A stretch of 64,000 nt of DNA, taken from the NCBI GenBank assembly GCA_964016885.1, contig CAXHJY010001158.1:109769-173768 (forward strand), in the 5' to 3' direction. Shown piece by piece: positions 22,101 to 31,580 of the stretch (positions within the stretch are counted from its first letter, which is position 1; each line of letters starts with the position of its first letter). The DNA is from Eledone cirrhosa (taxonomy: Eukaryota). Under the pieces are notes generated by a model. It did not search any database, was not told the DNA's origin, and saw nothing but the letters and a program-made list of their open reading frames with translations. The position numbers and the translations under genes are program-made.

Positions 22101-25040
22101 TTGCGATTCCGGAGAGGGGGCGATCCGTCTGCTTGATTCCGATAACGAACGAGACATTCGTATCCGAAAGAACGTTTGTCTGGAAACTGGTGAGTCAGTG
22201 AGTCGAAAAAAAAAATATCTCGGTGGTAGTAGCAAATATTCGAACGAGACATTCGTATGCGAAAGAACGTTTGTCGGTGGTAGTAGCAAATATTCGAACG
22301 AGACATTCGTATGCGAAAGAACGTTTGTCTGGAAGTGGCGATCCATGCCCGGTGGATAGTTGGTTCCGGGTTTTACTATGATTGTTGCAAAACAGAAACT
22401 TAAAGGGATTGACAGAATTTGCGATTCCGGAGAGAGGGCGATCCGTCTGCTTGATTCCGATAACGAACGAGACATTCGTATCCGAGAGAACGTTTGTCTG
22501 GAAACTGGTGAGTCAGTGAGTCGAAAAAAAAATATCTCGGTGGTAGTAGCAAATATTCGAACGAGACATTCGTATGCGAAAGAAAAATATCTCGGTGGTA
22601 GTAGCAAATATTCGAACGAGACATTCGTATGCGAAAGAACGTTTGTCTGGAAGTGGCGATCCATGCCCGGTGGATAGTTGGTTCCGGGTTTTACTATGAT
22701 TGTTGCAAAACAGAAACTTAAAGGGATTGACAGAATTTGCCATTCCGGAGAGGGGGCGATCCGTCTGCTTGATTCCGATAACGAACGAGACATTCGTATC
22801 CGAAAGAACGTTTGTCTGGAAACTGGTGAGTCAGTGAGTCGAAAAAAAAATATCTCGGTGGTAGTAGCAAATATTCGAACGAGACATTCGTATGCGAAAG
22901 AACGTTTGTCTGGAAGTGGCGATCCATGCTCGGTGGATAGTTGGTTCCGGGTTTTACTATGATTGTTGCAAAACAGAAACTTAAAGGGATTGACAGAATT
23001 TGCGATTCCGGAGAGGGGGCGATCCGTCTGCTTGATTCCGATAACGAACGAGACATTCGTATCCGAAAGAACGTTTGTCTGGAAACTGGTGAGTCAGTGA
23101 GTCGAAAAAAAAATATCTCGGTGGTAGTAGCAAATATTCGTATGCGAAAGAAAAGATCTCGGTGGTAGTAGCAAATATTCGAACGAGACATTCGTAGGCG
23201 AAAGAAAAATATCTCGGTGGTAGTAGCAAATATTCGAACGAGACATTCGTATGCGAAAGAACGTTTGTCTGGAAACTGGTGAGTCAGTGAGTCGAAAAAA
23301 AAATATCTCGGTGGTAGTAGCAAATATTCGAACGAGACATTCGTATGCGAAAGAACGTTTGTCGGTGGTAGTAGCAAATATTCGAACGAGACATTCGTAT
23401 GCGAAAGAACGTTTGTCTGGAAGTGGCGATCCATGCCCGGTGGATAGTTGGTTCCGGGTTTTACTATGATTGTTGCAAAACAGAAACTTAAAGGGATTGA
23501 CAGAATTTGCGATTCCGGAGAGGGGGCGATCCGTCTGCTTGATTCCGATAACGAACGAGACATTCGTATCCGAAAGAACGTTTGTCTGGAAACTGGTGAG
23601 TCAGTGAGTCGAAAAAAAAATATCTCGGTGGTAGTGGCAAATATTCGAACGAGACATTCGTATGCGAAAGAACGTTTGTCGGTGGTAGTAGCAAATATTC
23701 GAACGAGACATTCGTATGCGAAAGAACGTTTGTCTGGAAGTGGCGATCCATGCCCGGTGGATAGTTGGTTCCGGGTTTTACTATGATTGTTGCAAAACAG
23801 AAACTTAAAGGGATTGACAGAATTTGCGATTCCGGAGAGAGGGCGATCCGTCTGCTTGATTCCGATAACGAACGAGACATTCGTATGCGAAAGAACGTTT
23901 GTCGGTGGTAGTAGCAAATATTCGAACGAGACATTCGTATGCGAAAGAACGTTTGTCGGTGGTAGTAGCAAATATTCGAACGAGACATTCGTATGCGAAA
24001 GAACGTTTGTCTGGAAGTGGCGATCCATGCCCGGTGGATAGTTGGTTCCGGGTTTTACTATGATTGTTGCAAAACAGAAACTTAAAGGGATTGACAGAAT
24101 TTGCGATTCCGGAGAGGGGGCGATCCGTCTGCTTGATTCCGATAACGAACGAGACATTCGTATCCGAAAGAACGTTTGTCTGGAAACTGGTGAGTCAGTG
24201 AGTCGAAAAAAAAATATCTCGGTGGTAGTAGCAAATATTCGAACGAGACATTCGTATGCGAAAGAAAAATATCTCGGTGGTAGTAGCAAATATTCGAACG
24301 AGACATTCGTATGCGAAAGAACGTTTGTCTGGAAGTGGCGATCCATGCCCGGTGGATAGTTGGTTCCGGGTTTTACTATGATTGTTGCAAAACAGAAACT
24401 TAAAGGGATTGACAGAATTTGCCATTCCGGAGAGGGGGCGATCCGTCTGCTTGATTCCGATAACGAACGAGACATTCGTATCCGAAAGAACGTTTGTCTG
24501 GAAACTGGTGAGTCAGTGAGTCGAAAAAAAAATATCTCGGTGGTAGTAGCAAATATTCGAACGAGACATTCGTATGCGAAAGAACGTTTGTCTGGAAGTG
24601 GCGATCCATGCTCGGTGGATAGTTGGTTCCGGGTTTTACTATGATTGTTGCAAAACAGAAACTTAAAGGGATTGACAGAATTTGCGATTCCGGAGAGGGG
24701 GCGATCCGTCTGCTTGATTCCGATAACGAACGAGACATTCGTATCCGAAAGAACGTTTGTCTGGAAACTGGTGAGTCAGTGAGTCGAAAAAAAAATATCT
24801 CGGTGGTAGTAGCAAATATTCGTATGCGAAAAAAAGATCTCGGTGGTAGTAGCAAATATTCGAACGAGACATTCGTATGCGAAAGAAAAATATCTCGGTG
24901 GTAGTAGCAAATATTCGAACGAGACATTCGTATTCGAAAGAACGTTTGTCTGGAAGTTGCGATCCATGCCCGGTGGATAGTTGGTTCCGGGCTTTACTAT
25001 GATTGTTGCAAAACAGAAACTTAAAGGAATTGACAGAATT
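19165..25040 (+). repeat. Tandem array (~18 monomers, ~317 bp, with 54-bp subrepeats) built from 18S and 28S rRNA fragments
   Basis: The monomer contains CGATTCCGGAGAGGG (18S), TTCCGATAACGAACGAGAC (18S), TCGGTGGTAGTAGCAAATATTC (28S, LR7 primer region) and GAAACTTAAAGG(G/A)ATTGAC (18S). Confidence 0.92.
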
Positions 25041-25074
25041 TTCGAATCGACATCAACTCGGCTACGGCTATCCC

Positions 25075-25415
25075 GTCGAGTACGAGAGTATCGCGGGATC
25101 AGAGCAACGGTTTGCTAGGCTGCCTCTGAGCGATAACGGCTGAACGCCTCCTCTAAGCCGGAACCCTAGCCGGACCCGAGTTGTTTTTCGACAAGCGTCT
25201 CGACCTTCTTAAGGCCCATGCCTTAGTTTGGCGATTGCCGTCCGTTCGCCGACGGCGGCAGCGTCAGCGGAAATGCCATTCTGTGACGACTACGACGATT
25301 CGTCGTCGTCGTCGTCCATTCGATTTCCTGAAAGAGATAGAGACTAAAGTGATCAAATTGTTCGGAGTTACGTGCTTAGTAGAGCAGCTACCACACTGCA
25401 ATCTATTGAGAGTTT
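25075..25415 (+). pseudogene. 28S rRNA 3'-terminal fragment, degenerate
   Basis: GAGTACGAGAG (sarcin-ricin loop-like), GATAACGGCTGAACGCCTC(CTC)TAAG and GTAGAGCAGCTACCACACTGCAATCTATTGAGAG occur in the correct order for the LSU 3' end. Confidence 0.85.
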
Positions 25416-26154
25416 TCTGACGAACGATACAATCCGCCCACGTGGCGCCAGAAAGGGAGAAGAAAAGAAAAGTTAGACGCCGCCGATCGATCGGTTCGTT
25501 GTTTTACGTGTACACAGCTTGTGTGTGTGTCTGTATGTGATACAAGCCGCCTATCCGTCTTCCAAGTAAGTTTTGTGTGTAGACTGCGGAAAGAAATCCA
25601 ATCCGCCGTCTAGGCGGTTCTGCCGCCGACCCATACTTTTGCGAGTCGCTCCCGGGAAAGACAGGCGGCAAGACGGCGTGTATACACGACGCCTTCCGTC
25701 TTCCGCCTCGAACCCGGCAAACGTTCCTTTATTCGTCCACGCCTTCCCGCTTCGATCGCGAGAAAGTAATCAATCTGTTTTGTGTGTGTGTCTGTGTGTG
25801 ATACAAATTTGTTTTCTTAATTTGATAACCATGAATTGTTTCAACACCGGCCCTTTTAAGGGCCACTTATATTTTCAATAATCAGTTTAAATGGGTTGCA
25901 CCGTAGCCACTTGGTAATACACTGCAAATCTCCCGTCAATCTATGAAGGTTTTGTAGTAGATTAGATCAAAACACAATCAGCAAGACAGTAATGGAATGA
26001 ATAATATAAACATTTGTTTATAATTAAAGCCTTAAGATGTCCCTCCCTCCCTCCCTTCCTTCCTTCCTTCCTTCGTTCCTTCCTTCCTTACGATATACAC
26101 TTTAATAACATTGAAACTTATTTAATAAGTTTAAATTTTAAACACTTTTTATTC

Positions 26155-26290
26155 AGACGTACCGCGATAAGTAACTAGATATGTTCTAACGAATAATCCG
26201 CGATGTGGCGAGGATTACCGCGATAGGAAATTAGATACGTTCCAAAGAAATATCCGCGAAAAGTGAACCGCGATATAGCGGGTTCACCAG
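26155..26290. mobile_element. Possible DNA transposon (pogo/Tigger-like) terminal fragment (copy 2 at ~60588-60723)
   Basis: Repeated CCGCGA motifs ending in GAACCGCGATATAGCGGGTTCAC, reminiscent of Tigger-type subterminal repeats. Confidence 0.3.
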
Positions 26291-26444
26291 CCAGTGTATT
26301 ACTGGTACTTTATTTTATCGACCCCCATAAGGATGAAAGGCAAAGTTAACTGTGCAATAACAAAGGGAGATAACCTCGTCTTTTTTTTTTTACGGAGTTA
26401 TTTCCCTTTAAATTTTATCTATTACTTATGATGATACAATTTAA

Positions 26445-26577
26445 TCAGTTCTTAGCTGTCGAGACACTGCATCCTTTAAAACCTCCATGGAACAAGCTAC
26501 CTGCAACAGTTGTTAGCTGTCGAGACACTGCATCTTTTAAAACCTCCATGGAACAAACTACCTGCATCAGTTGTTAG
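26445..26577 (+). mobile_element. Tandemly duplicated ~61-bp piece of a CR1 3' end (copy 2 at ~60878-61010)
   Basis: TGGAACAAGCTACCTGCAACAGTTGTTAGCTGTCGAGACACTGCATCC matches the WNKLPASIVSCRDTASFK region of the LINE at 38480-38540. Confidence 0.75.
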
Positions 26578-26844
26578 GGTCTGAGTTCAAATCACGCCGA
26601 GGAGGTTAACTTTGCCTTTCATCCTTACGGGGTCGGTCGGAAAACGAACCATTCCCGGTTCGCTTTCGAAGCGGGTTTCCGAAAACAGCGCTTCTCTCGA
26701 CCGGGCCCGTCGTCCGCTCGGCGGTGGTTTTCATCGTCCCAGGCACGGCTAACAGGCGGAGACGGGACAAACGCGCGTGTTCCTTTTTTTATCAGCCGCA
26801 GCGCCGTTCGTATATATGCTTAGGTTGTTTTTTTTTTAAATATC

Positions 26845-27060
26845 CTAAGTTAAGTTGGGGCTAAGTTAAGTTGAGGTTAAGTTGAGTTGGGGTTAAGTTA
26901 AGTGGGGGTTAAGTTAAGCTGGGGTTAAGTTAAGTTGAGGTTAAGTTAAGTTGGGGTTAAGTCAAGTTGGGGTTAAGTTAAGTTGGGGTTAAGTTAGGTT
27001 GGGGTTAAGTTAGGTTGGGGTTAAGTTAAGTTGGGGTTAAGTTAGGTTGCGGTTAAGTTA
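26845..27060 (+). repeat. 16-bp G-rich repeat (TTGGGGTTAAGTTAAG)n, ~13 copies (copy 2 at ~61278-61509)
   Basis: Read directly. Confidence 0.9.
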
Positions 27061-30000
27061 CATTCGCCGCCGGACTTCAGCTTCCTCATTTAGCATGGGC
27101 AGTTTTTCTTGAAAATCACACCACACACAGCAAATGTGTGTCCGCACATGTACCAGTAATTACAGATCGATTCCGGTGAAAATTCACTGAAAACGGGCCA
27201 TCCGGCCCTGTGCGTCGATCGTGGGCCGGCCGGATGTTGACGGATCGATGTGTAATTAGAAGTACATGTGCGGACACTCATTGGCTGTGCGTGGTATGCA
27301 TTTCAGCAAGATATCTCCGTAACATCAAGAGTTATGGCTGTGGAGGCACACCTAGTCAAACGTAAACAAGGTCTGGAGCGTTTACGCTTCGCGATTTTGT
27401 TTACGTTTGACTAGGTGTGCCTCCACAGCCATAACTCTTGATGTTACGGAGATATCTTGCTGAAATGCATACCGCGCACAGCCAATGAGTGTCCGCACAT
27501 GTACTTCTAATTACACATCGATCCGTCAACATCCGGCCGGCCCACGATCGACGCACAGGGCCTGATGGCCCGTTTTCAGTGAATTTTCACCGGAATCGAT
27601 CTGTAATTACTGGTACATGTGCGGAGACACATTTGCTGTGTGTGGTGTGATTTTCAAGAAGAACTGCCCATGCTAAATGAGGAAGCTGAAGTCCGCCGGC
27701 GAATGGTGTGCTTCGAAGAAAACTAATTCGAAAATGACCGTTTGCAGGCGGGGTAACCTTTTCGATCGTGGGCCAGCCGCCCGTGGTGGGATCCATCTGT
27801 AATTACTGGTACATGTGCGGACACACATTTGCTGTGTGTGGTGTGATTTTCGAGAAAGACTGCCCATGCTAAATGAGGAAGCTGAAGTCCGCCGGCGAAT
27901 GGTGTGCTTCGAAGAAAACTAATTCGAAAATGACTATTTGCCGGCGGAATCATCTTTTCGGTCCTGGTCCGGCCGGATCTTGCCGGATCGATCGGAAATT
28001 TGTGGACCATGTTCGGAAGGCCATTGTGCATGTGTGGTGAAAAGAATTTGTGTCGAAATCTTCTCGGAAAATAACGGATCGCCGGCGGAGATTGCCATTT
28101 CGATCGTGGGCCGGCCGGATCTTGTCGGATCGATTCGGACATATGTGCATCGTGTTCGCAAGGCCCTTGTCTATGTGTGGTGTGATTTTCATAAAGAAAT
28201 TCCGAAAAACCCAGTTTTAAATCTGATTTCGCCAAAGAATTTTGGCTATCAGATCGGGTTGAAAGGTATGGTTTCAGGTCGATCTGAAAGTCTAAAATGG
28301 AATTCACTCGGTTAGCTAACTATTGATATATCGGAGATATCTTTCTGAAAATCACACCACACACTCCCAATGAGTGTCTGCACATGTACCAGTAATTACA
28401 GATGGATCCCACCACGGGCGGCCGGCCCACGATCGAAAAGGTTACTCCGAAGCACACCATTCGCCGGCGGAATTCATTTAGCATGGGCAGTTTTTCTCGA
28501 AAATCACACCACACACAGCCAATGAGTGTCCGCACATGTACCAGTAATTACAGATGGATCCCACCACGGGCGGCTGGCCCACGATCGAAAAGGTTACTCC
28601 GCCTGCAAACGGTCATTTTCGAATTAGTTTTCTTCGAAGCACACCATTCGCCGGCGGACTTCAGCTTCCTCATTTAGCATGGGCAGTTTTTCTCGAAAAT
28701 CACACCACACACAGCAAATGTGTGTCCGCACATGTACCAGTAATTACAGATCGATTCCGGTGAAAATTCACTGAAAACGGGCCATTCTGCCCTGTGCGTC
28801 GATCGTGGGCCGGCCGGATGTTGACGGATCGATGTGTAATTAGAAGTACATGTGCGGACACTCATTGGCTGTGCGTGGTATGCATTTCAGCAAGATATCT
28901 CCGTAACATCAAGAGTTATGGCTGTGGAGGCACACCTAGTCAAACGTAAACAAGCTCTGGAGCGTATACGCTTCGCGATTTTGTTTACGTTTGACTAGGT
29001 GTGCCTCCACAGCCACAACTCTTGATGTTACGGAGATATCTTGCTGAAATGCATACCACGCACAGCCAATGAGTGTCCGCACATGTACTTCTAATTACAC
29101 ATCGATCCGTCAACATCCGGCCGGCCCACGATCGACGCACAGGGCCGGATGGCCCGTTTTCAGTGAATTTTCACCGGAATCGATCTGTAATTACTGGTAC
29201 ATGTGCGGACACACATTTGCTGTGTGTGGTGTGATTTTCACGAAAAACTGCCCATGCTAAATGAGGAAGCTGAAGTCCGCCGGCGAATGGTGTGCTTCGA
29301 AGAAAACTAATTCGAAAATGACCGTTTGCAGGCGGAGTAACCTTTTCGATCGTGGGCCAGCCGCCCGTGGTGGGATACATCTGTAATTACTGGTACATGT
29401 GCGGACACACATTTGCTGTGTGTGGTGTGATTTTCGAGAAAGACTGCCCATGCTAAATGAGGAAGCTGAAGTCCGCCGGCGAATGGTGTGCTTCGAAGAA
29501 AACTAATTCGAAAATGACTATTTGCCGGCGGAATCACCTTTTCGGTCCTGGTCCGGCCGGATCTTGCCGGATCGATCGGAAATTTGTGGACCATGTTCGG
29601 AAGGCCATTGTGCATGTGTGGTGAAAAAAATTTGTGTCGAAATCTTCTCGGAAAATAACGGATCGCCGGCGGAGATTGCCATTTCGATCGTGGGCCGGCC
29701 GGATCTTGTCGGATCGATTCGGACATATGTGCATCGTGTTCGCAAGGCCCTTGTCTATGTGTGGTGTGATTTTCATAAAGAAATTCCGAAAAACCCAGTT
29801 TTAAATCTGATTTCGCCAAAGAATTTTGGCTATCAGATCGGGTTGAAAGGTATGGTTTCAGGTCGATCTGAAAGTCTAAAATGGAATTCACTCGGTTAGC
29901 TAACTATTGATATATCGGAGATATCTTTCTGAAAATCACACCACACACTCCCAATGAGTGTCTGCACATGTACCAGTAATTACAGATGGATCCCACCACG

Positions 30001-30693
30001 GGCGGCCGGCCCACGATCGAAAAGGTTACTCCGAAGCACACCATTCGCCGGCGGAATTCATTTAGCATGGGCAGTTTTTCTCGAAAATCACACCACACAC
30101 AGCCAATGAGTGTCCGCACATGTACCAGTAATTACAGATGGATCCCACCACGGGCGGCTGGCCCACGATCGAAAAGGTTACTCCGCCTGCAAACGGTCAT
30201 TTTCGAATTAGTTTTCTTCGAAGCACACCATTCGCCGGCGGACTTCAGCTTCCTCATTTAGCATGGGCAGTTTTTCTTGAAAATCACACCACACACAGCA
30301 AATGTGTGTCCGCACATGTACCAGTAATTACAGATCGATTCCGGTGAAAATTCACTGAAAACGGGCCATTCGGCCCTGTGCGTCGATCGTGGGCCGGCCG
30401 GATGTTGACGGATCGATGTGTAATTAGAAGTACATGTGCGGACACTCATTGGCTGTGCGTGGTATGCATTTCACTAAGATATCTCCGTAACATCAAGAGT
30501 TATGGCTGTGGAGGCACACCTAGTCAAACGTAAACAAGGTCTGGAGCGTTTACGCTTCGCGATTTTGTTTACGTTTGACTAGGTGTGCCTCCACAGCGAC
30601 AACTCTTGATGTTACGGAGATATCTTGCTGAAATTCATACCACGCACAGCCAATGAGTGTCCGCACATGTACCTGTAATTACACATCGATCCG
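27061..30693. repeat. Palindromic satellite with a 1,584-bp period; symmetry centres at ~27384, 28968 and 30552
   Basis: ...CCTAGTCAAACGTAAACAA [27-bp spacer] TTGTTTACGTTTGACTAGG... with arms up to ~480 bp. ORF pairs are offset by 1584, and there are internal ~195-bp subrepeats. Confidence 0.92.
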
Positions 30694-30780
30694 ACGACGG
30701 ACAGAGTATTCGGTTTATTTTCTTGACATATTTCTTTACATATTGTCCAGGCATGCACTTTTTCCATGATTAGTTCTGTT

Positions 30781-30835
30781 GACGGCCCGCTTTCCAAAAT
30801 ACCTTATCCTGTGCAACGCCGGGTACCACTGCTAG
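30781..30835 (+). mobile_element. Helitron-like 3' terminus (hairpin + CTAG) closing the palindromic satellite
   Basis: CCTGTGCAACGCCGGGTACCACTGCTAG followed by TATATA; an inverted near-copy of 3721-3775. Confidence 0.65.
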
Positions 30836-31054
30836 TATATATATGTGTATGTATATATATATATATATATTGGTAAACGGAATAGAAAATTGTGACAAAT
30901 TGTTCACAGTGAAAAATAGTTTAATTAGGAATAAGTGATAATTAGTAATAGTATTGGTTAGTATTAAGTTTTGGTTTTAAGTTTTACCGGTTGCGCATTT
31001 CTAATGCTTTTCAAAAATAATTTTGAGATAGAGCGTCCGTGATGTTTGCTCTGA

Positions 31055-31100
<46 letters not shown>

Positions 31101-31249
31101 AACAGTAGAAAGGAAAAAGATTTTTTCAGTAGAAATTGCTGAAGAGATTCTTTCAGTGTAATTTCAAAACATTAATTTATTTATAAAGTGGATATTTCCA
31201 CATTTAATAATGGCACTGGGTTCAGCATTATATACATTGTCAATTGTGG

Positions 31250-31580
31250 ATTCTACTTTTGGCACAAGGGCTGCAATTATCCAGTACATTACTGGTACTT
31301 TATTATTTATACAAATAATAATTGTTTCTACTTTTGGCACAAGGGCAGCAATTACCCAGTACATTACTGGTACTTTATTATTTATACAAATAATAATTGT
31401 TTCTACTTTAGGCACAAGGTCAGCAATTACCCAGTACATTACTGGTACTTTATTATTTATACAAATAATAATTGTTTCTACTTTAGGCACAAGGTCAGCA
31501 ATTACCCCAGTACTTTATTTTATCGACCCCGTAAGGATGAAAGAAAAGTTAACCTCAACGGGATTTGAACTCAGTCTGTA
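31250..31580 (-). repeat. 84-bp tandem triplication joined to a SINE fragment
   Basis: TTCTACTTT(T/A)GGCACAAGG...CCAGTACATTACTGGTACTTTATT repeated 3-4 times, running into minus-strand SINE sequence. Confidence 0.75.

Noticed and set aside
19087-24967. Long ORFs (up to 674 aa) over the rRNA-mosaic array, and the equivalents at 53565-59400
   Set aside because: They are translations of a tandem repeat. The frames shift with poly-A length, differ between copies and show no protein motifs.
19200-25000. CRISPR-like pattern (34-bp partly palindromic repeat separated by spacers)
   Set aside because: The spacers are themselves repeated and rRNA-derived, there are no cas genes, and the context is eukaryotic.
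25044-25070. Possible 5.8S rRNA traces (ATCGACATC, ACTCGGCT)
   Set aside because: The matches are only 8-9 nt, too short to support without an alignment.
18973-25415. Functional 18S/28S rRNA genes
   Set aside because: Only ~185 nt of contiguous 18S and a degenerate 28S end are present; most core domains are missing.
27090-30449. Multiple 60-260 aa ORFs in the palindromic satellite
   Set aside because: They are mirrored on both strands by the symmetry of a GC-rich repeat, with no recognisable domains.
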